DNA from: an uncultured Candidatus Rokubacteria bacterium
GTDB lineage: Bacteria; Methylomirabilota; Methylomirabilia; Rokubacteriales; DASRDR01
Direction of reading: 5' to 3'
Length of the DNA stretch: 64,000 bases
Assembly: GCA_963826115.1 (NCBI GenBank)
Contig: CAWGVS010000005.1
Coordinates: 864,001 to 928,000 of the forward strand
This document shows, one piece after another, positions 54,322 through 63,280 of the stretch. The notes beneath the pieces are model-generated. The model was not told the DNA's origin, did not search any database, and saw only the letters and a program-made list of their open reading frames with translations. Position 1 is the first letter of the stretch. Each line of letters opens with the position of its first letter. The translations under genes were made by a program, and so were the position numbers.

Positions 54322-54382
54322 CGGGTCATCCTCCTTCGATCTGATGAGAGGTTCTTCGAGCCGTGGAGCGCTCCACGGCCGC

Positions 54383-54427
54383 AGTATGGCGCGGGGGGAA
54401 GTGGAGGTGTCACGAGCGTGTGAAATC
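54383..54427 (-). promoter_or_regulatory. Promoter/operator of precursor copy 2
   Basis: GATTTCACACGCTCGTGACA box then CATACT -10. Confidence 0.6.
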
Positions 54428-54452
54428 TCGCGCCTCGTGCCGGGCCGCCCGG

Positions 54453-56303
54453 CTAGCCGAGCAGGGCGACGATGGCTTCCTCGTCGGCGGCCCCGAGGGC
54501 GGTCAGGCGGAGCCGCACGGCGCCGGGTCCGTCGGAGGCCATGACCTTCGCGTAGATGGCCTCCGATGTCCGGTCGAGCGGCGGGGGGTACCGGAGCTGC
54601 AGCTTGACGTTGGTCAGGGGGGCCAGCGGCTCCCCGAGGGTCGCCTCGACGTCCCGCCGGCCGAGCCGCACGACCCGTCCCGCGATCGGGTCCGGCCGCA
54701 CGACCTTGCCGTCGATGACCCAGCACACGAGCGGGAGCTCCACGGCCACGAGCCGGGCAGCCTCCTCCGGCTCGGTGGGCAGGTCGCGGGCGAACCGGCC
54801 GCCGAGACCGCGCAGCTCGTGTAGCACGAGGGGCTCGGAGAGTCCCTTGACCTCGACGGCCACCGGCGGGCCCACGCGCGCCAAATCGCCCAGCTCGGCC
54901 AGCGTCCGCGCGGTCAGCAGCACCTGGCCGCCCACGGTGGCGCTCTCGACGCGGCTCGCGATGTTGACGGCGCTGCCCACCACGGCGTACTTCGCCCGCT
55001 GCTCCGAGCCGATGTTCCCCACCACGGCCTCCCCCGTGTGAAGGCCGATGCCCATCTCGAACGCGGGCAGCCCTGCCCGGGCGTGCTCGGCGTTGACCTC
55101 GACCAGGGCGGCCTGCATCGCGAGCGCGGTGGCGGCCGCCCGCTCGGCGTGGTCCGGATGGGGTACCGGGGCCCCGTACACGGCGAAGATCGCGTCGCCG
55201 ATGAACTCGTTGATGGTGCCGCCGTGCGCGATGACGACCTCGGCCATGCGCGCCAGGTAGCCGTTCAGGATCTCCATCACTTGCTCGGGGTCGCCCTTCT
55301 CGGCGAAGCGCGTGTAGCCTCGGAGGTCGGACATCAGCACGGTGACGACCCGCTTCGTGCCACCGAAGCGGAGGCCTTCGGGCGACTCGAGGAGCGCCTG
55401 GGCAACCTCCGGCGAGACGTAGCGGCCGAACGCCGAGCGGATGAAGTCGCGCTGGCGGAGCCCGTCGAGCATGGAGTTGAAGGCTTGCATGAGGCGGCCC
55501 ATCTCGTCTCGCGACGTCACGACGAGGGGCTCGGAGAGGTCGCCGCCCGCGACGCGGGAGACTCCGCCCGTGAGGAGCGCGATGGGGCGCGTCAGCCGGC
55601 GCAGGACGAGCAAGCCGAGGACGAGCGTGGCCACGGCCCCCAAGCCGCTGGCGAACAGGAGGCTGTTCCGGAGCTCGTGCAGGCGGTCCAGGTAGATCTC
55701 GACCGGGTAGGTGACGTGGAGAAGGGCGCCGGGCCGCCCCTGGGGGTCGAGGACGGGCGCGAAGGCCGAGATCCAGAGCCGGCCCTGGTCGCGATAGACG
55801 CGCGTGTAGCGCGCCACACCGTCGCCGAGCGTCCAGCCCATCGGCTCGACCAGCTCCGGCGGGAGCGGATAGGGGTCGCCCGGCCGCCCGGAACCGCTGC
55901 TGGCGAGCACCAGGCGTGCCATCCGTGTCGCGGGCTGGAGGTCCACCAGCGTGGTGATCGGGCTCGTCAGGAGGGTCTCATCCTGGATGGCTCCGAGCGT
56001 CTGGCGGAGGCGCAGGTAGGCCGGCGAGTCGGTCGAGCGGGACGCGTCGACCTCCGCGTGGAGCCGGGGGTCGAGCTGGAGGGCCGCGACGCGCGCGATG
56101 TTGAGGAGCTGCGTCCCGACCGAGTCCTCGACCTCGCGCTGCTGACGCGTGTAGGTCAGGACGCCGACCGCCCCGACCGCCAGGAACGTGACCGCGGCGA
56201 AGAACGCGGCGAGACGGACGCTCAGCCGCTGCCACGGCCGGAGAGGGGGCGGCGCGCTAACCGGCGGTCCCGGCGTGGCCGGGCTCACCTCTGGGCTCGT
56301 CAT
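54453..56303 (-). CDS. Membrane class III adenylate/guanylate cyclase with HAMP domain
   Basis: TM-periplasmic-TM-HAMP; [36 protein letters not shown]. Confidence 0.93.
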   Translation of the reverse strand: MTSPEVSPATPGPPVSAPPPLRPWQRLSVRLAAFFAAVTFLAVGAVGVLTYTRQQREVEDSVGTQLLNIARVAALQLDPRLHAEVDASRSTDSPAYLRLRQTLGAIQDETLLTSPITTLVDLQPATRMARLVLASSGSGRPGDPYPLPPELVEPMGWTLGDGVARYTRVYRDQGRLWISAFAPVLDPQGRPGALLHVTYPVEIYLDRLHELRNSLLFASGLGAVATLVLGLLVLRRLTRPIALLTGGVSRVAGGDLSEPLVVTSRDEMGRLMQAFNSMLDGLRQRDFIRSAFGRYVSPEVAQALLESPEGLRFGGTKRVVTVLMSDLRGYTRFAEKGDPEQVMEILNGYLARMAEVVIAHGGTINEFIGDAIFAVYGAPVPHPDHAERAAATALAMQAALVEVNAEHARAGLPAFEMGIGLHTGEAVVGNIGSEQRAKYAVVGSAVNIASRVESATVGGQVLLTARTLAELGDLARVGPPVAVEVKGLSEPLVLHELRGLGGRFARDLPTEPEEAARLVAVELPLVCWVIDGKVVRPDPIAGRVVRLGRRDVEATLGEPLAPLTNVKLQLRYPPPLDRTSEAIYAKVMASDGPGAVRLRLTALGAADEEAIVALLG

Positions 56304-56482
56304 CGCGCCCTAGGATGCGCCGCGGCCGGCTTACGGTCCACTGCCGGGCGGGAGGCGGGCCCGGGGCCTCGAGACCGGGCCGGCCCGGGAGTTCGGACCC
56401 CGCTCCCGCGATGCGGTATCCTTGGCCCTGTGGGCCTTCGAGGCCCGGACGTAGGAGCAATCGTCACCGCGGGAGGACATGC

Positions 56483-56983
56483 ATGAGGGTCACGCTCCGA
56501 TGTGGGCCGGCGCTCCTGGCGCTGCTGGCGGCCGTCGCGCTGCCGGCCGCCTCGCGCGTGGGCCACGCCCAGTCGCAGCCGCCGATCGAGCTGATCAAGG
56601 TGGATCAGCTGAACGCCATGCTGAAGAAGGGCACGCCGGCCCAGATCATCGACGTCCGGAGCCGGCAGGAGTTCCTGACGCGGCACATCAAGGGGGCCGT
56701 CTCGATCCCGCTCGACACCATCGAGCTCCGGGTCGGCGAGGTCTCCCGCCAGGGCCTGGTCGTCCTCTACTGAGCGTGCCCACACCACCTGGCCAGTTTG
56801 GCCTACGGCAAGCTCCATCAGATGGGATACCGGAACCTGAAGGTCCTGGACGAGGGCATCCCCGGCTGGGTGCAGCAAGGGCTGCCGACCGAGGGCTGGC
56901 AGTCCCGCGGCCCGTTCGTCCCGCACGGGGACGAGACCTATCGCGCCGTGGGAGTGGAGCCCCCCCCGCGGACGACCCAATGA
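56483..56983 (+). CDS. Exported rhodanese-domain protein, probable selenoprotein (Y-U-A-C-P); in-frame TGA 56771-56773 = Sec97
   Basis: GGAGG RBS and signal peptide. Reads IIDVRS..HIKGAVSIP..VVLY-TGA-ACPHHLAS..GYRNLKVLDEGIPGW; final stop overlaps the Fur-family ATG. Confidence 0.88.
56777..56810 (+). promoter_or_regulatory. Candidate SECIS hairpin of the rhodanese
   Basis: Upper stem GGCCA-GTT-TGGCC (56791-56803), lower stem TGCC/GGCA. Confidence 0.5.
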
Positions 56984-57456
56984 GCGTGGACCCGGCGGCG
57001 CGCGCGGTCCTGCCCGACGCGCGCGACGCCATCCCGCGCCTCCTGGCGCGGCGTGGCTACCGGATCACCGCGCCGCGGCGCGCCGTGCTCGACGCGTTCG
57101 TCACGAGCCATGAGCCGCGCACCGTTGCCCAGCTCCACCGGAGCCTTGGCGGGGAGCGCGTCAACCTGGTCTCGGTGTACCGGACGGTGAAGCTCCTCTG
57201 CGACGTCGGGCTGGTGCGGGCGACCGACGCCGCCCAGGGGCAGCGGCGCTACGAGCTGGCCGAGCCCTTCACCGCCCATCATCACCATCTCATCTGCCGG
57301 CGGTGCGGCCAGATCGAGGACCTCGAGGGGTGCCTGCTCGAGCCTGACGTCCTCGCGCGGCTGGGCCGACGCGTCCGACAGTCCCACCGCTTCCGCGTCA
57401 CCGACCACGAGCTGCGCTTCTTCGGGATCTGCCGCCGCTGCGACGGCGGCGCCTGA
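56980..57456 (+). CDS. Fur family transcriptional regulator (Zur/Fur-like)
   Basis: RITAPRRAVL, SVYRTV, HHHHLICRRCG, C-terminal GICRRC. Confidence 0.93.
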   Translation: MSVDPAARAVLPDARDAIPRLLARRGYRITAPRRAVLDAFVTSHEPRTVAQLHRSLGGERVNLVSVYRTVKLLCDVGLVRATDAAQGQRRYELAEPFTAHHHHLICRRCGQIEDLEGCLLEPDVLARLGRRVRQSHRFRVTDHELRFFGICRRCDGGA

Positions 57457-57469
57457 CCGCTCCGGCCCG

Positions 57470-58399
57470 TCAGGGCCCTGCCCAGGCTCCGAGCAACAGC
57501 ACCAGGCCCACGCAGGCGATCGCTCCCGCTCCGAGGACGCCGAGGACCCCCTTCACGCGGCCTCCCCTGCCGCGCGAGCTCGACGCGGCCCGGAGGGTGC
57601 CGCGCCGCGCGAGCACCGCCAGGATTCCGACCAGGGATACGGTGAGCCCCATCCCGACGGCCATCACCAGCGACGCCGCGATCCCCACCAGGAAAACCCC
57701 CTGCCCCAGCGCGAAGAGCAGGATGATGATCGCGCTCGCGCACGGCGTCAGCCCGGTCGCGAGGACCAGGCCACCCGACACCCGACCGCCGGCCGGATCG
57801 GCCGTCTCCGCCGTGTCCTCGTGCCGGTGGCTCCGGAGCTCCCGGATCGCGGCGACCAGCATCACGAGGCCGATCGTCGTGATGAGGCCGTAGGAGAGGA
57901 GCTCGATCCGCCTCGAGTCCCGGAGGACGTCGAGGCCGGCCCGTCCCAGCAGGAGCGCCGCGAGGGACACGATCGCCACCGCGGAGAGGGTCTGGAGCAG
58001 CGACACGGCGCCGGACACGGCCACCGCCGTGCCGAGCCGCGCGTCCCGGGCGAGGAAGAGCGACGAGACGACCAGCTTCCCGTGCCCGGGGCCGACCGCG
58101 TGGAGCACGCCGTACAGGAAGGCGATCCAGGCGACGGCGAGCGCGGGTTCCGCCACCTCGCCCTGGCGGAGCCGGCGGAGCTCCCGGGACAGCGCCTGGT
58201 TCAGCTGACGCTGCGCCAGGTTGACGCGGCCGAGGATCGCGCGGAGCCAGGGCGCCTGCGCTTCGGCCCCGCCGCCGACGCCGGCGGAGCCGGGGCCGAG
58301 ACCCGGATTGGGCGGCGCGATCGCGGGGCGATCGGTCTGCGCGACGGCCAGGCCGGCGCCGAGGAGGAGCACCGCCAGGGCCGCAACCGCTCGCGTCAC
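57470..58399 (-). CDS. Nickel/cobalt transporter (RcnA/NiCoT-like)
   Basis: FLYGVLHAVGPGHGK, GLTPCASA, MAVGMGLTV; multiple TM helices. Confidence 0.88.
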   Translation of the reverse strand: MTRAVAALAVLLLGAGLAVAQTDRPAIAPPNPGLGPGSAGVGGGAEAQAPWLRAILGRVNLAQRQLNQALSRELRRLRQGEVAEPALAVAWIAFLYGVLHAVGPGHGKLVVSSLFLARDARLGTAVAVSGAVSLLQTLSAVAIVSLAALLLGRAGLDVLRDSRRIELLSYGLITTIGLVMLVAAIRELRSHRHEDTAETADPAGGRVSGGLVLATGLTPCASAIIILLFALGQGVFLVGIAASLVMAVGMGLTVSLVGILAVLARRGTLRAASSSRGRGGRVKGVLGVLGAGAIACVGLVLLLGAWAGP

Positions 58400-58992
58400 C
58401 GGCGGCGCACCCCGCAGCGGACCGCGTCGGGTGTCGCGAAGGTCTTGTCCCGGACGACCCGGCACTCGACCACGAAGGCGCCGGCCGCCTGGGACTGCGG
58501 TGCCACGGCGGTCGGGTTGTACGCGATGTAGTAGACGGGGTCGTCGAGGACGACCTCGAGCGCGGTCGTCGTCGCCAGGGCCGCGCGGAGCGGCAGTACG
58601 AACTCGTACGTCACGATGCCCTTGGTAACGCTGGCCCGGAAGCTCTTGGCGGGCGTCAGGACGGCCGGCTTCCCGTTGACGTTGACCGTCGTGTAGTAGC
58701 CGGCTTTCTGGAACTCCGGGAGGTGCTTTTCCTCGATCCGCCGGACCTCCTCGGGCGAGAGCACCTGGTTCCGGTCGGCGTCGAACTCCTGGAGGATGAG
58801 ACTGCTGAAGAGGTCGTCGAAGGTCCAGGCGAGGCGGAGGCCCTCCACCCCGTCACCGGCGAGGAGCACCGTCACGGCGTAGTCGATGAAGACGTGGGGG
58901 TGCGCGGCCGCGGGAACGGGCGCCAGGAGGAGCAGCCACGCGAGCAGGCTGGCCCGCGCGCGCCGCCGCGCCGGCCGGATCGGCCGGATCAT
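58396..58992 (-). CDS. DUF1007 family periplasmic protein
   Basis: Signal peptide then HPHVFID, WTFDDLFS, DPVYY. Confidence 0.88.
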   Translation of the reverse strand: MIRPIRPARRRARASLLAWLLLLAPVPAAAHPHVFIDYAVTVLLAGDGVEGLRLAWTFDDLFSSLILQEFDADRNQVLSPEEVRRIEEKHLPEFQKAGYYTTVNVNGKPAVLTPAKSFRASVTKGIVTYEFVLPLRAALATTTALEVVLDDPVYYIAYNPTAVAPQSQAAGAFVVECRVVRDKTFATPDAVRCGVRRR

Positions 58993-59093
58993 GGCCCGAT
59001 CCTAGCGGGGCGCGCGCCCGCCGCCAAGGGAATGCGCGGCGCCCCGCTCCCTATCGGGGTATTCCCGATGAGACCGGGGCCGCCGCGCGGACC

Positions 59094-59894
59094 TCAGAAC
59101 GAGAGCGTCACGCTCGCGTAGGGACCGCTCAGGTCGACCTCCGCCTCGTCCCCGTCGTGCTCGCCCTCCGCATGGAAGTACCGGTACCCGATGCGGACCG
59201 CGAGCACGGGGATGGGCAGCCACTCGAGCCCGCCGTCGACGTCGAAGAACGTCCCCCCGTCTCCGATCGTCCCGCCCGTGAGACGGGCCGACAGCGCGAA
59301 GCTCTTGAGGATGGGGACGGGGAACGGGTGGACGATGCCCACCACCCCGAGGGCGGGCAGCGCCATCTGGAGCTCGCCCTCACCCTTCTGGCCGAGGGCC
59401 GGCGCCTCGAGGGTGGCCTTCGCCGAGACGACGCGGACGCCGAGCGTCAGCCCGAGGGCGAAGACGTCGTTGTGGACGACGTCGAAGCCGTAGTCGGCGC
59501 CGCCGAACAGGACGTCGGCCTCCGAGTCGACCCGCGTACTGACGGGGTAAACCTTCCCGTCGAACGTGAAGGTCTGGTCGATCCGCTTGCTTCCGTCCAC
59601 GCTGAAGCCGAACGCCTCGGCCCGGATCGTGTGCCGCTGGGCGAGGCGAAGCGTCGCCGACCCGACGATGACGACGTCGGGATCCTCGAGGCCGATGTCG
59701 TCGTTGCTGATGAGGTTGCCGGCGATCCCGAAGGCGGAGGATTTCGCCTTGGCGTCGAGGGTCGGGAACCAGCCCCCCGCTTCGAGATGGATCGTGGACT
59801 CGTGGAACGCCGCGGCGCCGGTCGGGCCGAGCAGGAGCAGCAGGACCATCGTCACCGACGACACAAACACAGGCGCGAGAACCTTTCGCGTCAT
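59094..59894 (-). CDS. Outer-membrane beta-barrel protein
   Basis: AGGAGG RBS, signal peptide, alternating beta strands, GYRY...GPYASVTLSF with terminal Phe. Confidence 0.8.
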   Translation of the reverse strand: MTRKVLAPVFVSSVTMVLLLLLGPTGAAAFHESTIHLEAGGWFPTLDAKAKSSAFGIAGNLISNDDIGLEDPDVVIVGSATLRLAQRHTIRAEAFGFSVDGSKRIDQTFTFDGKVYPVSTRVDSEADVLFGGADYGFDVVHNDVFALGLTLGVRVVSAKATLEAPALGQKGEGELQMALPALGVVGIVHPFPVPILKSFALSARLTGGTIGDGGTFFDVDGGLEWLPIPVLAVRIGYRYFHAEGEHDGDEAEVDLSGPYASVTLSF

Positions 59895-59993
59895 GAAGAG
59901 CCTCCTGGGAGTTGTGCTGCGGGTAGTCCCAGTCTGCCACTGGCCTGCGATGGCTCGGTACGAATACGATGAGACCGAGAGGGGAACTATTCC

Positions 59994-60992
59994 ATGCGTG
60001 CGATGGTGCTCCACCGCCAGGGACCGGTGAGCGATCGCTCGCTCGCGCGCGTCGAGCGACCGGATCCGGAGCCTGGCCCGGGCGAGGTCCGCGTGCGCGT
60101 TCGCGCCGCGGCGATCTGTCGCACCGACCTCCACGTCGTCGAGGGCGACCTCCCGTCGCCCCGGCTCCCCCTCGTCCCCGGTCACCAGACGGTCGGCGTG
60201 GTCGATCGCGTGGGCCCGGACTGTCGCCGCTTCCGGCCCGGAGACCGTGTCGGCATCGCGTGGCTCCGCTCGACGTGCGGCGCGTGCGAGTTCTGCCGGA
60301 GCGACGCGGAGAACCTCTGCGAGGCGTCGCGCTACACCGGCTATCACGAGGACGGAGGGTTCGCGGAGCTCGCCGTCGTTCCCGAGGCCTTCGCCTACGC
60401 GATCCCAGCCGCGTTCTCGGACCCGGAGGCCGCGCCGCTCCTCTGCGCGGGGATCATCGGGTACCGTGCCCTCCGGCGGACCGAGATGACCCGCGGCGGG
60501 CGGCTCGGCCTCTACGGCTTCGGGTCATCGGCTCACGTGGTGATCCAGATCGCCCGACACCGCGGGACCGAGGTGTACGTCGCCACGCGGGCGCCCGCGC
60601 ACCGGGACCTCGCGCGGCGGCTCGGCGCGGTCTGGGCCGGCGAGGTCGGAGCGCCGATGCCGGCCGCGCTCGATGCCGCGATCGTGTTCGCGCCCGCCGG
60701 CGAGGTGGTCCCTCCGGCCCTCCGCGCCATCCGGAAAGGCGGGGTCGTCGTCCTGGCCGGGATTCACATGAGCCCGATCCCGGCCATGGAGTACGGCCCC
60801 CACCTGTTCCACGAGAAGACGCTCCGGAGCGTCGAGGCGAACACCCGGCGGGACGGTGAGGACCTGCTCCGGGAGGCGGCCGAGATCCCGATCCGGCCGG
60901 AGATCGTCCCCTATCCCCTGGAGGCCGCCAACGAGGCGCTCCTCGCGCTCAAGGCGGACCGGCTCTCCGGGACCGGCGTCCTGCTCGTCTAG
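59994..60992 (+). CDS. Zinc-dependent alcohol dehydrogenase family protein
   Basis: ICRTDLH, PGHQ, CGACEFC..NLC, APLLCAG, GLYGFG. Confidence 0.94.
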   Translation: MRAMVLHRQGPVSDRSLARVERPDPEPGPGEVRVRVRAAAICRTDLHVVEGDLPSPRLPLVPGHQTVGVVDRVGPDCRRFRPGDRVGIAWLRSTCGACEFCRSDAENLCEASRYTGYHEDGGFAELAVVPEAFAYAIPAAFSDPEAAPLLCAGIIGYRALRRTEMTRGGRLGLYGFGSSAHVVIQIARHRGTEVYVATRAPAHRDLARRLGAVWAGEVGAPMPAALDAAIVFAPAGEVVPPALRAIRKGGVVVLAGIHMSPIPAMEYGPHLFHEKTLRSVEANTRRDGEDLLREAAEIPIRPEIVPYPLEAANEALLALKADRLSGTGVLLV

Positions 60993-61013
60993 AGACCGCC
61001 GAAGCCGCCGCGG

Positions 61014-61625
61014 TCAGGCGCCGGGGCCGACCACGAGCTCGAGCGCGGTGATCCGCCCTCCGTTGATGGGGCTGAGGTCCATCGGACAGGACGAGACGGC
61101 CGCGACGACGTCCACCAGACAGCGGAAGACGATCCGGTCACCCGGGCGCGACGGCGCCGGGTGGAAGTCGAACTCGCCGTCGGGCCGGGGCGGCGTCTTC
61201 ATGAAGAGGTTGACCGGATCGGGAAGAAGCCACCCCTCGCCCTGGTGGTAGGGCGCCAGGGCCTCCACGAGGTTCATGCGGCAGCTCCGGTGGTCCGTGA
61301 GGCCGAAGCGCTGGCGATAGAGCGCCGGGCTGCAGGCGCAGAAGAGGAGGTCGTGGACCCCGACGTCGTCCCGCACGATCTCGAGCACGGGCTCGCGGTC
61401 CTGGTTCACCAGGCGGTCGCCAACGCGGAGTGTCAGGCGGCGAAGCGACGAGCGCGTCTGGTGTGGAGACACGGCCTTCCTCGGGTCGTCCCGCTGGATC
61501 GCGACGAAGTCGGCGACCTGCGCGCCCTCCAGGTCCACGACGGACAGGAGCTCGCCGGCCGCGGCGGTGATGGCGCCGCCGTGGGCGGCGGGGACGACGA
61601 CGGAACGCTCTTTCGAGTGGCTCAC
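61014..61625 (-). CDS. DUF1989 urea carboxylase-associated family protein
   Basis: VDLEGAQVADF, HDLLFCACS, SCRMNL, PVNLFM, SSCP; GGAGG RBS. Confidence 0.88.
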   Translation of the reverse strand: MSHSKERSVVVPAAHGGAITAAAGELLSVVDLEGAQVADFVAIQRDDPRKAVSPHQTRSSLRRLTLRVGDRLVNQDREPVLEIVRDDVGVHDLLFCACSPALYRQRFGLTDHRSCRMNLVEALAPYHQGEGWLLPDPVNLFMKTPPRPDGEFDFHPAPSRPGDRIVFRCLVDVVAAVSSCPMDLSPINGGRITALELVVGPGA

Positions 61626-61656
61626 GCGATCCTCCGTGTCAGGGGGTGTCCCGGAC

Positions 61657-61685
61657 ACTGTAGGAAGCCGCTTGGCGCAGGTCAA
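61657..61685 (-). promoter_or_regulatory. Sigma70-type promoter of the DUF1989 gene
   Basis: TTGACC-N17-TACAGT. Confidence 0.6.
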
Positions 61686-61753
61686 GCTCGCGGCTGCCGC
61701 GGCCGGACTGCGCTAGGATCGTCGTAAGACGACCGGACCTCGGAGGTGTCGGG

Positions 61754-62287
61754 ATGACGCATACGCTCTGGGTGGCGTTCTTGACGATCGGCCTCTTCTG
61801 GATGGGCGTGCCGGGCGCGCAGGCGGCGAGCAAGTACAACGCCTGCGGCCTCCTGACTGCCGCCGAGCTGCAGGCGGCCGTGCACGCGGGCGTCGACAAG
61901 TCCGACGACAGGGACGTGATCGTGCCGGGCGGCCCGTACAAGGGCGAGACGATGTCGACCTGCACGTGGGCCATGGGCGCGAGCTACGTCAGCCTGAACG
62001 TCATCCGTGCGCCCCAGACGGCCGAGCAGAAAGCCGCGGGGCTCGCTGGTCTCCGGCGGGTCGAGGCGGGTCTGGTCCAGAAGGGGTGGACGGTCCAGCC
62101 CGGAGGCATCCCGGGCGCCGACTGCAACGCCTACAAGCCGCCCGCCGGGAGCACGGCCCGGCCCTTCACCTCGTGCATCATGCAGAGCAAGGGGCTGGCG
62201 TTCTGGATCGGCGCGGGCGGGGCGACGTCGCTGACGCCGCAGCAGGTCAAGGGTCTCGGCGACAAGATCGCCGGCCGGCTCCCCTGA
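61754..62287 (+). CDS. Exported hypothetical protein
   Basis: GGAGG RBS, signal peptide (AQA), ACGLLTAAEL motif, four Cys. Confidence 0.8.
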   Translation: MTHTLWVAFLTIGLFWMGVPGAQAASKYNACGLLTAAELQAAVHAGVDKSDDRDVIVPGGPYKGETMSTCTWAMGASYVSLNVIRAPQTAEQKAAGLAGLRRVEAGLVQKGWTVQPGGIPGADCNAYKPPAGSTARPFTSCIMQSKGLAFWIGAGGATSLTPQQVKGLGDKIAGRLP

Positions 62288-62302
62288 CCGGATCGCCGAC
62301 GT

Positions 62303-62983
62303 TCAGCGCAGGGTCCAGCGGAGCCAGGCCGTCCGGATCCGCCAGGGCCGCTCCTCGCGGCGCTTGAAGCCCGGGGCGCCCGAGTAGGCGCGTGCCGCCT
62401 CGTCGAGGGCGGCCCGTGCCCGAGCGATGTCTCCCGTGGCCTGACACGCGCGGGCGAGCTTGTACTGCCCTTCCACGCTGGACGCGCGCACCTCGGTGAA
62501 GCGCTGGAGGTGCATCAGGGCCTCGCCCGGCTGGCCGTGCTGGAGGTAGTAGTCGCCGAGCCGGAGGTGCGGCTCACCGTAGCCGAGCCGAGGATCCCGC
62601 CCGAGCGCCTCCTCGATCAGAGGACGGCCGCGAGTCTCGTCGCCCAGGCGGAGCCGCGCGACCCCGAGGTAGTACGCGGTCTCGGCGACCTCGGGCGCGC
62701 GGGCATGGGCCGCTTCGAGGTGCGGCAGCGCGCGCGAGTGGTCACCTGCCTCGACCAGGAGCCGCCCGAGGTCGGCCTGGGCGTTGGCGTCGTGGGGGTT
62801 CATCGCGACGGCCCGGCGGACCTGGCGGATCGTCAGCCAGCGGTCGATGGCGCGAGGGATCCGGAACAGCCGCGCGGTGAGGTAGCCGTAGCTGGCGGCC
62901 CAGATCACGGCGACGATCACGAGAGCGAGGACGGGATTGCCCGTCATCCAGGTGAGCACGCCGAAGAGGAAGAGGTTCCTCAC
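62303..62983 (-). CDS. Membrane-anchored tetratricopeptide repeat protein
   Basis: N-terminal TM hairpin followed by TPR-like helical repeats. Confidence 0.8.
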   Translation of the reverse strand: MRNLFLFGVLTWMTGNPVLALVIVAVIWAASYGYLTARLFRIPRAIDRWLTIRQVRRAVAMNPHDANAQADLGRLLVEAGDHSRALPHLEAAHARAPEVAETAYYLGVARLRLGDETRGRPLIEEALGRDPRLGYGEPHLRLGDYYLQHGQPGEALMHLQRFTEVRASSVEGQYKLARACQATGDIARARAALDEAARAYSGAPGFKRREERPWRIRTAWLRWTLR

Positions 62984-63051
62984 GGGCTCTCACGATAGCG
63001 GCCGGAGCCGGCGCGCGTCCAGCGCCGATCCACCGATCGCGATCAGCGGGA

Positions 63052-63141
63052 TGGTGCCGGGGGAGGGAGTCGAACCCTCACACGTCTTGCGACGTAGCGG
63101 ATTTTAAGTCCGCCGCGTATGTCCAGTTTCGCCACCCCGGC
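63052..63141 (-). tRNA. tRNA-Leu(TAA)
   Basis: GCCGGGG acceptor stem, GCGGA-CTTAAAA-TCCGC anticodon arm, long variable arm, GGTTCGACTCC, CCA end. Confidence 0.96.
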
Positions 63142-63280
63142 GCGCGGTGACGTCGCCCACCTACGATACCCGGAATCCCTGCCCGGCTAGCTGAGAAGGA
63201 AGAAGTCCGTGCTACCCTCCCGGCATGACGCGCGGATTTCGGTCAATCGCGAGGAACACGGTGTCTGCCCAGGATTGCAC

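Larger units (their letters stand above)
53941..54336. repeat. ~395-bp direct repeat, copy B
   Basis: Closely matches 50467-50862. Confidence 0.9.

Noticed and set aside
61626-61753. Guanidine riboswitch upstream of the DUF1989 gene
   Set aside because: The leader after the predicted promoter is only ~25 nt, and no twin ACG-loop hairpins are recognisable.
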